64,000 nucleotides of DNA from Rhodothermia bacterium (lineage in GTDB: Bacteria; Bacteroidota; Rhodothermia; Rhodothermales; UBA2364). Positions 10,586 through 22,459 of the stretch are shown piece by piece. The notes under the pieces are model-generated. The model did no database searches and was not told where the DNA came from. It was given only the letters and a program-made list of their open reading frames with translations. The position numbers were made by a program, and so were the translations under genes. How positions within the stretch are numbered: position 1 is the stretch's first letter; each line of letters begins with the position of its first letter. The DNA lies in assembly GCA_017303715.1 (NCBI GenBank), contig JAFLBZ010000004.1, positions 4,887 to 68,886 of the forward strand, written 5' to 3'.

Positions 10586-11110
10586 TTATTTTAAACGGGC
10601 TAAAAATTGTTTTTCATGCCGTTTGAGGTGAATCATAAAAAAATCAAGCATTTGGACGAGCGAAATATCACCAGCGATAGGGTGACGGAAGCACGTTGAA
10701 AGTAAAATCTCATCACTCAAACCCATAAGCCAAGTTTTCAATTCTTCACGTTGTGCTTCCCACGCTTCCTGAACCGTTTTTGCATGTAGTTCTTGGGGCA
10801 TTTTTGCAACTGGCCCCGGTGCTTTTATTTTCAAGGGAAGCGTATTTCCAATACGTAGTTTCAGCATCCCAATGTGTGATTTTATCCCTGCACGAGACGT
10901 TTTTTGGCCTTTAGACAAAAACCGTTGGACATAAATCCGAGACATCTTTTCCGATAAAAACAAGTGATAAAGCACTTCTAATGGCGACCAAACATCAGGG
11001 CTCGGTTTCTGAGTGAGGACATTTTCTGAATACATATTTGCCACATGCCATAGGTATTCAGTGGCTTTTTCCAATGCCGAAATTTTATCTTTTATCGTAT
11101 TTTGTAACAT
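10586..11110 (-). CDS. DinB-family (DinB_2-like) protein
   Basis: 174 aa, helical, with spaced His residues (YHLFLSE, HPIAGD, HLKRHEKQ) typical of the DinB four-helix metal site. Confidence 0.55.
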   Translation of the reverse strand: MLQNTIKDKISALEKATEYLWHVANMYSENVLTQKPSPDVWSPLEVLYHLFLSEKMSRIYVQRFLSKGQKTSRAGIKSHIGMLKLRIGNTLPLKIKAPGPVAKMPQELHAKTVQEAWEAQREELKTWLMGLSDEILLSTCFRHPIAGDISLVQMLDFFMIHLKRHEKQFLARLK

Positions 11111-11168
11111 GGGTTTATATCATCAATAAGGGCGTAATCAATAAAATATTGTACGATAATCATACGCT

Positions 11169-12503
11169 TTAGGGCTTAAAAAACGTCCAGAAATTCTTTT
11201 TCCGAACTGTCATATGGCTTTGTCCTGTTTCAGAGGCATACTCTGCACGAACTTCATCGCCAAAGGTATCGAAAAACTCAGGATCAAAAAAGGCATCCTG
11301 CAAATTTTCCAAAACTTTTTCGATGGGTGTATTTTTTTGTATCCATTGTCGGCAAACCTCTTGCCGGAATCGAATCCCCATCGTACAAAAACCTACAACG
11401 GCTCCCGTTGACTTGTTATACCGAATACGGATGGACTTGTGCAGTACGGGATGTCGCCAGAATACTTGTTTTGTGTTCTCCGTTAAGATGGGTGCAACCT
11501 CACCATAGACTTGGTATTCCAGATCAAAAAACTTGGCGGAATTAAAAAAAACACCTTTCTGATAAGAAGCCTTACCGCCTCCCAAAATCGTTCCGAGTAC
11601 CTCGCCGTGCATTTTTCCGGTGTACCAAAATTGCTCTATCGGACGCTGCCCCCCCAACGGCTTTCGAAATTCGGCACAATCCCCTACAGCAAAAACATCT
11701 GGAACATTTGTCTTAAATTCCCAATCCACCAAAACCCCTTTTTTAGTTTCGATACCACTCTCGGCCAACCAAGCAATATTCGGCGTTACCCCAATGGTTA
11801 TACCCACAAACGCCGTTGGAATTTTAAGGCCAGATGTGGTTTCTAAAGCGGCTACACGGCCTTCTTCGTCTGGTAGAAATGCTTTTACTTCCGTTTCAAA
11901 TAGTAAATCAATGCCATTTCGCCGGATTTCTTGATGAACCAATTCGGATTCTTCCGGAGGAAGTGTGCGTTCCATATATCGGCTTTCACGCACCAAGAAT
12001 GTGACATGGATGCCTCTGGCGTGTAGCATCTCGGCCAATTCGACCCCGATTAATCCGCCGCCCACCACAACAGCCCTGCGGATATGTTGTGTATTCTCCT
12101 CCAGTAGCGCCAAATCCGTCATGCCATAAAGCCCTTGAATGCCGTTCAGGTGTTCCCCCGCCCATCCAGCCATAAGCGGTTTAGAGCCTGTTGCGAGAAC
12201 CAATTGGTGGTAGGATATTTCTTGACCGTCCGAGAGGTAAAGTTTTTGTTTTTCGGTAATTAGACGTACCACTTCTCCACGGATGCAGTTTATACGATTT
12301 TTTTTCCAGAACTGGTCTTCATAAGGCTTCGTATCCTCGAACCGCAAATGCCCCATATACACATACATGAGCGCAGTCCGCGCATAGAAATAATCCGTTT
12401 CATTTCCAATAACCGAAATTTGAATGTCTGGATTGTTTTTGCGGATATATCGGGCTGTAGTGATGCCCGAAATACCGTTACCAATGATTACAATGTGCTT
12501 CAT
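11169..12503 (-). CDS. NAD(P)/FAD-dependent pyridine nucleotide-disulfide oxidoreductase family protein
   Basis: Two Rossmann dinucleotide motifs, IVIIGNGISGITTA and VVVGGGLIGVELAE, plus GDCA. Confidence 0.8.
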   Translation of the reverse strand: MKHIVIIGNGISGITTARYIRKNNPDIQISVIGNETDYFYARTALMYVYMGHLRFEDTKPYEDQFWKKNRINCIRGEVVRLITEKQKLYLSDGQEISYHQLVLATGSKPLMAGWAGEHLNGIQGLYGMTDLALLEENTQHIRRAVVVGGGLIGVELAEMLHARGIHVTFLVRESRYMERTLPPEESELVHQEIRRNGIDLLFETEVKAFLPDEEGRVAALETTSGLKIPTAFVGITIGVTPNIAWLAESGIETKKGVLVDWEFKTNVPDVFAVGDCAEFRKPLGGQRPIEQFWYTGKMHGEVLGTILGGGKASYQKGVFFNSAKFFDLEYQVYGEVAPILTENTKQVFWRHPVLHKSIRIRYNKSTGAVVGFCTMGIRFRQEVCRQWIQKNTPIEKVLENLQDAFFDPEFFDTFGDEVRAEYASETGQSHMTVRKKNFWTFFKP

Positions 12504-12684
12504 GTAGGTGTTTTTTAGAAGGTACGTTGTTTTTCTGGCTGATGTGTTACAGAAATCATAAAACTCATCTGGCCAATGGCGCTTCCTTGGTTATTTTAGA
12601 GGAACCGTCGGATTCTTTTTACAATCTTGACTGCTTAAACGTTGGGTTCATCCTATATTTTTATTTCGTAAACCCAAAAATAAC

Positions 12685-12708
12685 GGGGCCGGAAGCGGGC
12701 CTTTTTTT
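12685..12708 (+). terminator. Orphan terminator-like hairpin in the aspS 5' region
   Basis: GGGGCC-ggaagcg-GGCC followed by TTTTTTT. There is no upstream + strand gene, because the neighbouring gene diverges. Confidence 0.4.
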
Positions 12709-12788
12709 ATGGCTCTTGCTGCTAAAAGCGCTTACAAATAAATATTAGATAACTTGGTGATCAAAACCATCTTACATCCCAGATAAAC

Positions 12789-14621
12789 ATGACACATATC
12801 GGAAAAGACACACACGGAGAACGTACCCATACATGTGGCAGTCTCACACGCGCCGAAGTCGGGCAAACCGTCACCCTTAAAGGTTGGGTTGACACCCGAA
12901 GGGACTTAGGTGGCGTTATTTTTATTGATCTTAGAGACCGTTTTGGCCTCACACAGGTGGTCTTTTCCCCGCAAGACAATCCTAAAGCCCATGCCGCTGC
13001 CGAAATACTCCGGAGCGAGTTTGTGATCTCAATACAAGGGACTGTAAAAGAACGCGACCCCGAAAATGTAAACCCAAAACTTTCTACGGGGCAAATTGAG
13101 GTGCGGGTAGATGATTTGGTCATCCTGAACTCCTCGGATCCCGTGCCGTTTTCCCTCTCGGCGCACGAGGAGAAATCGGGAAAAGTTAACGAAGAATTAC
13201 GTTTGCGCTATCGCTATTTGGATATGCGCCGGATCGGTTTGCAGCAAAACATGATCCTCCGCCATAAACTATACCAAATCACACGCCGCCATTTCTCAGA
13301 AAATGATTTTATCGAGGTCGAAACGCCCGTCCTGATGAAGTCCACCCCAGAAGGGGCACGCGATTATTTGGTTCCGAGCCGTGTACATCCGGGCCAATTT
13401 TTCGCCCTGCCACAATCCCCACAAACATACAAACAAATCCTGATGGTGGCGGGGATGGATCGCTACTTCCAAATCACCAAATGCTTCCGCGACGAGGATT
13501 TACGTGCAGACCGCCAGCCCGAATTTACCCAGATTGATGTTGAGATGACCTTTGCCACCGAGGAATCGGTGCAGCGCATCATCGAAGGTTTGATGGTAAA
13601 AGTCTGGAGGGAATTAAAAGGGGTAGAACTGAAAACGCCTTTCCGCCGGATGACCTACGACGCCGCAATCCGAACCTATGGCATTGACAAACCTGATTTA
13701 CGTTTTGATTTGCCCTTACACGACCTAAGCGCCGCCTTTACTGGCTCCCCGTTCCGCATATTCAACCAAGTATTGGAAAGCCAAGGCGCGATTGTTGGGA
13801 TTTTGGTTCCCGGAGAAAGCGAACGCGGACGCGCTTGGTTAGATAAAATGGACAAAGATGTGGCACGGAAAAAATTGGGCGCTGCGGGATTGATCTACTT
13901 TAAGTGGCAACAAGACGATACCATCTATTCCTCGATCAAGGCAGAGGTACTTCCTTCTGAATTTGTAAAAAAAGGACTTGAAGCGATTGGTGCAAAAAAA
14001 GGTGATTTGGTCTTTATCCTTGCCGGCCCACAGCCCAAGGTTTTTGAGCAAATGGGTGGCCTACGTTTGGCTCTCGCCAATGAACTAAACTTGATTCCGG
14101 ATAACGAAACATGGGAATTTCTCTGGGTGACAGATTTTCCCTTGGTGGAGCGCGACTCGAACAGCAATGAAGACCGATGGTATGCTATGCACCACCCCTT
14201 TACATCGCCCAACACCGATGACGTCCCGTTAATGAAGACCGACCCCGGAAAGGTGCGTGCCCGTGCCTATGACATTGTTTTGAATGGTTATGAAATCGGC
14301 GGCGGCTCTATCCGTATCCATAACCGAGATATTCAACAACAAATGTTTGAACTTCTGGGTATTGGTGCAGAAGAAGCACAAGCCCGCTTCGGATTTTTAT
14401 TGGATGCTTTCCGGTTCGGCGCACCTCCACACGGCGGCGTGGCACTTGGCTTAGACCGGATGGTGATGCTCCTCACGGCGTCTCCGTCACTTCGAGACGT
14501 AATTGCATTTCCGAAAACCGCTTCTGCACAAGAACTTATGGTACTCTCCCCCGACAAAGTGGATGACCATCAGTTGGAAGAATTGCATATACGTGTAGTC
14601 TTGCCAGAGCCTAAAAAATAA
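12789..14621 (+). CDS. aspS: Aspartate--tRNA ligase
   Basis: 610 aa. Class II motifs [18 protein letters not shown] and GGGSIRIH, and C-terminal GLDRMVMLL. Confidence 0.95.
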   Translation: MTHIGKDTHGERTHTCGSLTRAEVGQTVTLKGWVDTRRDLGGVIFIDLRDRFGLTQVVFSPQDNPKAHAAAEILRSEFVISIQGTVKERDPENVNPKLSTGQIEVRVDDLVILNSSDPVPFSLSAHEEKSGKVNEELRLRYRYLDMRRIGLQQNMILRHKLYQITRRHFSENDFIEVETPVLMKSTPEGARDYLVPSRVHPGQFFALPQSPQTYKQILMVAGMDRYFQITKCFRDEDLRADRQPEFTQIDVEMTFATEESVQRIIEGLMVKVWRELKGVELKTPFRRMTYDAAIRTYGIDKPDLRFDLPLHDLSAAFTGSPFRIFNQVLESQGAIVGILVPGESERGRAWLDKMDKDVARKKLGAAGLIYFKWQQDDTIYSSIKAEVLPSEFVKKGLEAIGAKKGDLVFILAGPQPKVFEQMGGLRLALANELNLIPDNETWEFLWVTDFPLVERDSNSNEDRWYAMHHPFTSPNTDDVPLMKTDPGKVRARAYDIVLNGYEIGGGSIRIHNRDIQQQMFELLGIGAEEAQARFGFLLDAFRFGAPPHGGVALGLDRMVMLLTASPSLRDVIAFPKTASAQELMVLSPDKVDDHQLEELHIRVVLPEPKK

Positions 14622-14645
14622 AGACTTTACGCCAAATAAATCTAA

Positions 14646-14675
14646 AGCCTTCGGTTAATTCGAGGGCTTTTTTTT
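14646..14675 (+). terminator. Rho-independent terminator after aspS
   Basis: AGCCTTCG-gttaatt-CGAGGGCT, an 8-bp stem with one G:U pair, followed by a T8 run. Confidence 0.75.
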
Positions 14676-14880
14676 GGTTAATACAAGTGCTAATTCTTTT
14701 TTTTTGCTTCCTAACCTTGTAAAATACCGATACGTATTCGAGATCAAATAATTTTATTTAAGACACTTGAATACCATTTCTTTTGCCCTTATACTATATC
14801 CACAAACCCTAAATCACTTTTCACGGTAAAACAACCCGAAGTTTGTCGGTTAGATTAAAACCAAATGCCACATCGTTGGT

Positions 14881-15561
14881 ATGCAATCCCTAAACAGATC
14901 TTATTTATGCCCTTCAAAACTATGGAATGAACGTAGGTTTAGTTCTTCGATATTTTTATTGAGCTTGGGTGATAATCATGCCACCCTGCCACAAAATTGG
15001 AAAAAAACGCCCTCTCTGCCACATGTATCTTTTATTCGGTTCGTCTCTTTATTTATAGTAGCCTGTATTCTTTTGCCCACAACGGGTACGTGGATAGTAC
15101 TACAAAACGAAATCCGGGTGGCAAAACAGCATGCACAGGCCATTCTTTCAAAAAGAGTAGAAAAAAAACAAATTGTTTTGCTCAAATTCAGCACAGCGGA
15201 ACACAAAACCAAACTTCGTTGGGAGCACGCAAAAGAATTTGAATACAGGGGAAATATGTATGATGTCATTGAATCCAAAGTCGTGGGCGATACCACTTAT
15301 TATTCGTGTTGGTGGGATAGAGAAGAAACCGAGGCCAAAAATAGAATTACAGCATTCAATGGTATTATTAGTGGTAAAAAGAATACTTCACATGAAACAA
15401 TCTTGCATCTATTCCTTTATTTAAAAACCCTCTTTTTTTCAGAAAAAATAACCGTTTTCCCAAGGCATTTTTCAACAAATAATTCTATTATTTATTGGAA
15501 ACGCTCTCTATATAAATCCTATTCCTTTTCGCCACCAAGCCCCCCTCCTGAGCCTGTTTGA
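14881..15561 (+). CDS. Hypothetical single-pass membrane protein upstream of the TonB-dependent receptor
   Basis: 226-aa ORF with one TM segment (FIRFVSLFIVACILLP) and a KEFEYRGNMYDV motif. The start is uncertain. Confidence 0.45.
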   Translation: MQSLNRSYLCPSKLWNERRFSSSIFLLSLGDNHATLPQNWKKTPSLPHVSFIRFVSLFIVACILLPTTGTWIVLQNEIRVAKQHAQAILSKRVEKKQIVLLKFSTAEHKTKLRWEHAKEFEYRGNMYDVIESKVVGDTTYYSCWWDREETEAKNRITAFNGIISGKKNTSHETILHLFLYLKTLFFSEKITVFPRHFSTNNSIIYWKRSLYKSYSFSPPSPPPEPV

Positions 15562-15645
15562 GCCTTAGCTACTTGTATTCCCTTGTCTGTTCTTCACGTA
15601 GAAAAGCAGACCAATTTTCTTATGCTTAAACTCCATTTATCGAAC

Positions 15646-18054
15646 ATGAAAATATTTTTTTATGTATGGATTCTTATGGCCTCTTACGTAACCATCCATG
15701 CACAAACCCTAAATCTTAGAGATCGGCAAACGAACGAGCCGATACGCATGGCTGCCATCGTCAGCGACGCACTAAGGCTAAATACCACAACAAATGCCAA
15801 TGGCTTGGCGGATATTTCTGGTTTCGCAGGCGCAAGCAGAATCGAAATTCGCATGTTAGGTTACTCCACTTTCGTAACGAGTTTTTTGGAATTAGCTTCT
15901 CAAAATTTCATCGTTTTTCTCACGCCTTCCACCACCAATATGGACGAGGTGGTGATATCTGCAACCCGCTGGAGCCAACGTTCGGGCGATGTTCCAGCCA
16001 GAATTTCCCAAATTTCAGCAAAAGAAGTGGCCTTGTATAACCCACAAACCGCAGCGGATGTATTGGGCGCTACCGGAGTAGTTTTTGTCCAAAAAAGCCA
16101 ACAAGGTGGCGGTAGTCCCATGATTCGCGGATTTGCAGCCAATCGGCTACTGTACTCCATTGATGGTATTCGGATGAACACTGCCATTTTTCGGGCGGGT
16201 AATCTTCAGAATGTGATTTCTTTAGACCCTTTAGCCATCGAAAATACAGAGGTTTTATTTGGCCCCAGTTCCATTATTTATGGCAGCGATGCCATTGGAG
16301 GGGTCATGAGTTTTCAAACGCTCACGCCTCAATTTTCAGTTCCTAAAAATGTGCATACAAGCGGTAAATCAGTTTCTCGTTTTTCTTCTGCTAACGAAGA
16401 AATCACACAACATTTTGATGTAAATGTGGGTGGAAAAAAATGGGCATCAATATCGAGTTTTACCTATTCAAAATATGGAGATTTAAAAATGGGTAAAAAC
16501 GGCCCCGATAGCTATTTAAAAAAATTCTACGTTGTACGCATAGATAATGTAGATCGTGTGGTGGAAAATTCAAACCCACTTATTCAAAATCCAAGTGGTT
16601 ATTCACAAATAAACCTCATGCAAAAACTTCGTTATAGCCTTAATGAAAAATGGGATATTCAATTTGGCTTGCATTATTCCGAAACTTCCGCCTATTCGCG
16701 GTACGATCGCCTAATTGAGACTACCAATGGCTTACCTACATCCGCTGTTTGGCAATATGGGCCACAAATCTGGCGCATGAATAACCTGATCCTGACCCAT
16801 AAAAAAGGTAATTTTGCGTATGACCAAATGACGGCCCGCCTTGCAGAACAGTATTTTGAAGAAAGCCGAATAGACAGACGCTTTACGCACCACCGCCTAC
16901 GTACCAATCTGGAACAGGTTCGGGCATATTCGGGAAATTTGGACTTCGAGAAGGGTTTTGGATCATACCGCTTGTTTTATGGCACAGAATATGTCCTCAA
17001 TCTGGTCACTTCAATCGGAACAGCGGTTGACTTAAGAAGTGGTACTCCAATCGCCGTTCCAGATCGCTACCCAAAATCCAATTGGAAAAGCTATGGGGTG
17101 TATGCAAATATGCAATATGTGGCCTCGGAGCGCTTCCTCGCACAAGCCGGCGTTCGGGTCAATGCCTTCAACCTGAAGTCCGATTTTACAAGGCATTTAT
17201 CCTTCTTTCCCTTTGACTTCACCACTTCGTCCTTAAAAAACGCAGCCACAACCGGAAGTATTGGCGTTATTTTCCGCCCAGACGAAACCACCAAAATAAG
17301 GGTGAATGCCAGTACCGGATTCCGTGCCCCAAATGTGGACGACCTCGGTAAGCTATTCGATTTTGGGACGGGTGAGGTGGTTGTCCCCAATACCCGTTTA
17401 AATGCCGAATATGCGTATAATGCCGAATTGGGCATGTGGAAGTCGTTTTATGATGTCGTACAATTGAATATTACGGGCTTTTACACCTATTTAGACCAAG
17501 CGATGGTTCGTCGCCCGTTTACCGTTAATGGGCAAGAAAGCATCATCTTCAATGGGCAACCGAGTAAAGTTTACGCCATTCAGAATGCCGCATATGGCAC
17601 GGTTTATGGATTTAATGCTGCACTTGACGTCCAACTTCCCGCTGATTTTCGTCTAACCTCGCTCTACAACTACCAATTTGGCGAAGAAGAAATGGATAAC
17701 GGAACCCTAAACCGCTCGCGCCATGCAGCTCCAGCATTTGGCATCACCCGCCTTTCTTTTCGACATGAAAACCTGACGATGGAACTAAATACGGCCTATA
17801 GTGCGGAAGTCTCTTACCCAAACCTGAACGAAGAAGAACGGCTAAAACCAGCGATTTATGCCACCGACAAAAATGGGAAACCCTATGCTCCGGCTTGGCA
17901 GACCTTTAACCTCAAAGCCATGTACCAATTTCACCCCAATTTGGCCATATCAGCAGGTGTGGAAAACATTACCGACCAACGCTATCGGCCATATAGCTCT
18001 GGTTTGGTTGCACCCGGACGGAATGTGATCCTTTCGCTTAGGACTCTGTTCTAA
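15646..18054 (+). CDS. TonB-dependent receptor (CarboxypepD_reg N-domain, plug and barrel)
   Basis: Signal peptide MKIFFYVWILMASYVTIHAQ, plug motifs DEVVISATRW and GGGSPMIRGF, and a terminal aromatic residue (LRTLF). Confidence 0.9.
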   Translation: MKIFFYVWILMASYVTIHAQTLNLRDRQTNEPIRMAAIVSDALRLNTTTNANGLADISGFAGASRIEIRMLGYSTFVTSFLELASQNFIVFLTPSTTNMDEVVISATRWSQRSGDVPARISQISAKEVALYNPQTAADVLGATGVVFVQKSQQGGGSPMIRGFAANRLLYSIDGIRMNTAIFRAGNLQNVISLDPLAIENTEVLFGPSSIIYGSDAIGGVMSFQTLTPQFSVPKNVHTSGKSVSRFSSANEEITQHFDVNVGGKKWASISSFTYSKYGDLKMGKNGPDSYLKKFYVVRIDNVDRVVENSNPLIQNPSGYSQINLMQKLRYSLNEKWDIQFGLHYSETSAYSRYDRLIETTNGLPTSAVWQYGPQIWRMNNLILTHKKGNFAYDQMTARLAEQYFEESRIDRRFTHHRLRTNLEQVRAYSGNLDFEKGFGSYRLFYGTEYVLNLVTSIGTAVDLRSGTPIAVPDRYPKSNWKSYGVYANMQYVASERFLAQAGVRVNAFNLKSDFTRHLSFFPFDFTTSSLKNAATTGSIGVIFRPDETTKIRVNASTGFRAPNVDDLGKLFDFGTGEVVVPNTRLNAEYAYNAELGMWKSFYDVVQLNITGFYTYLDQAMVRRPFTVNGQESIIFNGQPSKVYAIQNAAYGTVYGFNAALDVQLPADFRLTSLYNYQFGEEEMDNGTLNRSRHAAPAFGITRLSFRHENLTMELNTAYSAEVSYPNLNEEERLKPAIYATDKNGKPYAPAWQTFNLKAMYQFHPNLAISAGVENITDQRYRPYSSGLVAPGRNVILSLRTLF

Positions 18055-18177
18055 CACAAAGTTAGTCATAGCCCTTAAGCAATTGTTATTAAATGAATTT
18101 GCCTGATAAAATTAACATAATTTCTCCCATTTGTGCAGCCCCTTTACCGTTTGTTCGGAATTTGTAGTCCATAAGGA

Positions 18178-18210
18178 AAGCCCGTCGTTGGTAAAACCTT
18201 CGGCGGGCTT
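18178..18210. terminator. Hairpin between the convergent TBDR and glucokinase genes
   Basis: AAGCCCGTCG-ttggtaaaacctt-CGGCGGGCTT, a 10-bp stem with one G:U pair. The T-rich flank is on the minus strand. Confidence 0.55.
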
Positions 18211-18229
18211 GCAATTTAGAAGGGTGAAA

Positions 18230-19201
18230 TCAATCTAATGTTGCTTGGAACGCCAAATGTGCCGCTCCCAGTAAGCCGGCCTCGTTCCCCAACGTTTCGA
18301 GGATGATTTCAACGCCATCACGCAAACCGGGCATCACAAAACGCATCATGGTATCTCGCGCCGGACCTAATATAAAATCACCAGCAGCAGAAACGCCTCC
18401 GCCCACAATCACCTTACGGATATCCAAAAGGTTAATGGCCGAGCCAAGCATTACACCCAATTTATGTCCGGCCCACGCCAAAACCTCTTGTGCCCCAGCA
18501 TCGCCAGCAAGTGCCGCCTCATGCAGCATTTTGGGTGTAATGTTCAGCAAGTCCTCGTCCGCCATCTGATGAAGCAGAGAATCTTTACGGTTGAGTAACT
18601 GGTATCGAGCATGGCGCGACAAAAACCGCTGACCCAAATAGGCTTCGGCAGCGCCCGCCACACCAGCCCGGTCCAGAGGCCCTTCGTAATCTACCGAGAT
18701 GTGCCCCAACTCCCCTGCTCCCCCTGTGACGCCACGAAAAATTTGGTTGTTATAGATAATAGCCCCGCCAACCCCAGTACCGAGCGTCACCATAATAAAG
18801 GAATCGAAAGGGCGACCAGCACCATAAAAAGCAGAGCCTAATCCGGCAGCATTGGCATCATTTTCCACCACCACTGGAATATTCATCCCTAAGCCAGATT
18901 GGAGCGCTTTGGCGAGGTTTAGGTTTTCCCAACCCGGAAAGTTTGGCGGTGCGCTCACCGTTGTTCTGTCCCAACTTACGGCTCCCGGCGCACCAATTCC
19001 AATGGCCTCTATCTGGGACAAGTCCGGTACGGCATCAATCAATAAGCGGATTCCGTTACAGATTTGTTCCACGACATGATTGGGGCCTTGTTCGGCGTCT
19101 GTTGGAAGTGAAGTTTGGTAAACGATGCCCTCTCCGGCGGCCACCAAGCCAAATTTGATGCTGGTTCCGCCTAAGTCAACACCGACGACATAATGTTGCA
19201 T
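18230..19201 (-). CDS. ROK-family glucokinase / sugar kinase
   Basis: N-terminal VGVDLGGTSIKFG, ENDANAAGLG and GTGVGGAII motifs. Confidence 0.8.
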   Translation of the reverse strand: MQHYVVGVDLGGTSIKFGLVAAGEGIVYQTSLPTDAEQGPNHVVEQICNGIRLLIDAVPDLSQIEAIGIGAPGAVSWDRTTVSAPPNFPGWENLNLAKALQSGLGMNIPVVVENDANAAGLGSAFYGAGRPFDSFIMVTLGTGVGGAIIYNNQIFRGVTGGAGELGHISVDYEGPLDRAGVAGAAEAYLGQRFLSRHARYQLLNRKDSLLHQMADEDLLNITPKMLHEAALAGDAGAQEVLAWAGHKLGVMLGSAINLLDIRKVIVGGGVSAAGDFILGPARDTMMRFVMPGLRDGVEIILETLGNEAGLLGAAHLAFQATLD

Positions 19202-19222
19202 GAAGGTAGCTTTTAGAAATAA

Positions 19223-19534
19223 CTATGGTTTTTCCGTGGTGTCGCGACGTGTTTGATAAACGACTTCACCCGGTCGCCGCATTCCAAACCGCTTACGTGC
19301 AGATTGCTCAATCACTTCCGATGAATCCACATATTGAATTTGATTCCGAAGGGATAAAATCTCTTGTTTGAGCAAATGATTTTCCTGAATCAATGATTCT
19401 TTTTCCACCTCCCATTTCATCCGATTGGTAAAACTGAAGCTATCAGAAAACAGCACCCAGACGAGGCCAAAAACCAGTATGAATAATACCAGTAGGTATC
19501 TGGGACGGAGCAGAAAAGCAAATATTTGTTTCAT
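19223..19534 (-). CDS. FtsB/DivIC-type septum formation initiator
   Basis: 103 aa with an N-terminal TM segment and a coiled coil. It lies immediately downstream of eno, which is the classic eno-ftsB synteny. Confidence 0.6.
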   Translation of the reverse strand: MKQIFAFLLRPRYLLVLFILVFGLVWVLFSDSFSFTNRMKWEVEKESLIQENHLLKQEILSLRNQIQYVDSSEVIEQSARKRFGMRRPGEVVYQTRRDTTEKP

Positions 19535-19658
19535 TTGACGGATTCAGGTGGTTGAACTTGTAGCGCAAGATACAATCCACAAGCCTTTTTTCGCAACACC
19601 GCGCTAAAGGAAGAAAAATGGGGCAAGACAATACATCTTACCCCATCTATCACTCGAA

Positions 19659-21104
<1,446 letters not shown>

Positions 21105-22427
21105 TTACTGAATTTTAAAACGCTGGAACCATTTCTCGCCGAAGTTCAGGTACAGCCCCATTTTAAAATAGAGGTCTCTGACCAAGCCATAATCGGTTGT
21201 TCCGCGCATCCCAACTTCCACATTTATGTCCATTGTTGTTCCGACTTTTCGCGTGGGCAAACTCACCCCTGCAGTAAGTGCATTGGTGCGTAAAAAATAG
21301 TTCTGGTTGGAAATGGGCTTAAAGTATCCACCTTCTGTATAAACACCAATACGATAAGCGGCACGCATAAAATAGTTGTCTCGGAAGTTGCGTCCGGCAG
21401 GAACGTACTCCGCTCCAACTCCGATTCTGGTTCTATCCTGAAATTGATTTCCTGTTGCTACAGCGGGGTTATATCCTCCAAAGGCCAAGCCACTTTTAAA
21501 TCCCGTCCAATCCTCCGTCAAATAATCCGCAACAATGAGCACATTTTCATTGGGGCGATATGCTAATCCAACCGTTAGAGCACGTGGCAACGTGGTTGTA
21601 AAATTTGAAGATACACTAAGCGTATCGACAATCTCATTTTCACCGAGAATGCGCGTCCTACGGGTCTTGAGCGAGGTTGGCAAACTTAAAGTTGCCCCCA
21701 AACCGATTTCTTGGTTTTTCTTCTTCCCCAACTTGGTTTTCTCGAAATGCACACCAAAATTACTCCCCATACCATATAAACGGGTATTGGTTGTAGAAAG
21801 CCGTTCTGTGAAATTCACGACATCGTCGAAAGACGTCCGTTGGATGTGGTCTATTTGTCCCGTGTAGAGCCGTAAGCCAGCACCTACGGAAACCAATTTA
21901 CCCAATTTGCCTCCCAAGCCCACTTCAAATTGATGAAGGCTACCCCGCCCTTCGTAACTGGTTACATATTGTGTGGTATCGGGATAGCCATCCCCTTTTG
22001 GCAACTCGCCTTTTGTCTGAACCCTATATCCGGTTCGTGAATAAGGCAAAAAAGTAACGCCCAAGCCCAACTTCCGGTCAACAATTGGGAATGAAAACTG
22101 GAAATGCTCGATGCTCCCCACGCCCAAATTGGATGTATTTCCCGCTTTGTCGGAAAAACGGTTTGCCTGATACCGATACCCCCCCGAAAAGCGGGTGAGC
22201 ACCTGATAGGACAATGTTGCAGGGTTGTTCGCTGAAACATAAATGGCATCACTATACCCCGTTCCAGCCCCGCCCATTGCGGCCGATCGTGAGTTGTTGT
22301 AATGATGCCGCTCCCCAAGTCCATAACGGCTATACACCGAACCATCGCTTACCACCTGCGCCAAAAGCACTTGTCCGCCCAAAAGTAATGCAAACAAAAA
22401 GATAAATTTATAAAACTGCTTTTTCAT
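21105..22427 (-). CDS. Outer-membrane beta-barrel protein (porin-like, unknown family)
   Basis: Signal peptide MKKQFYKFIFLFALLLGGQVLLAQ, alternating beta-strand pattern, rich in Gly and Tyr. Confidence 0.5.
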   Translation of the reverse strand: MKKQFYKFIFLFALLLGGQVLLAQVVSDGSVYSRYGLGERHHYNNSRSAAMGGAGTGYSDAIYVSANNPATLSYQVLTRFSGGYRYQANRFSDKAGNTSNLGVGSIEHFQFSFPIVDRKLGLGVTFLPYSRTGYRVQTKGELPKGDGYPDTTQYVTSYEGRGSLHQFEVGLGGKLGKLVSVGAGLRLYTGQIDHIQRTSFDDVVNFTERLSTTNTRLYGMGSNFGVHFEKTKLGKKKNQEIGLGATLSLPTSLKTRRTRILGENEIVDTLSVSSNFTTTLPRALTVGLAYRPNENVLIVADYLTEDWTGFKSGLAFGGYNPAVATGNQFQDRTRIGVGAEYVPAGRNFRDNYFMRAAYRIGVYTEGGYFKPISNQNYFLRTNALTAGVSLPTRKVGTTMDINVEVGMRGTTDYGLVRDLYFKMGLYLNFGEKWFQRFKIQ

Positions 22428-22459
22428 AACGAATATTCCTGTCATTCTTTAAAAATGTT

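Noticed and set aside
12685-12701. The CCGGAAG core is reminiscent of SRP RNA domain IV.
   Set aside because: The symmetric and asymmetric loop motifs and the flanking long helix of 4.5S/SRP RNA are not present.
14785-14800. ATATCCACA, a single DnaA-box-like 9-mer.
   Set aside because: It is an isolated, imperfect site with no cluster, no AT-rich unwinding element and no dnaA or dnaN nearby.
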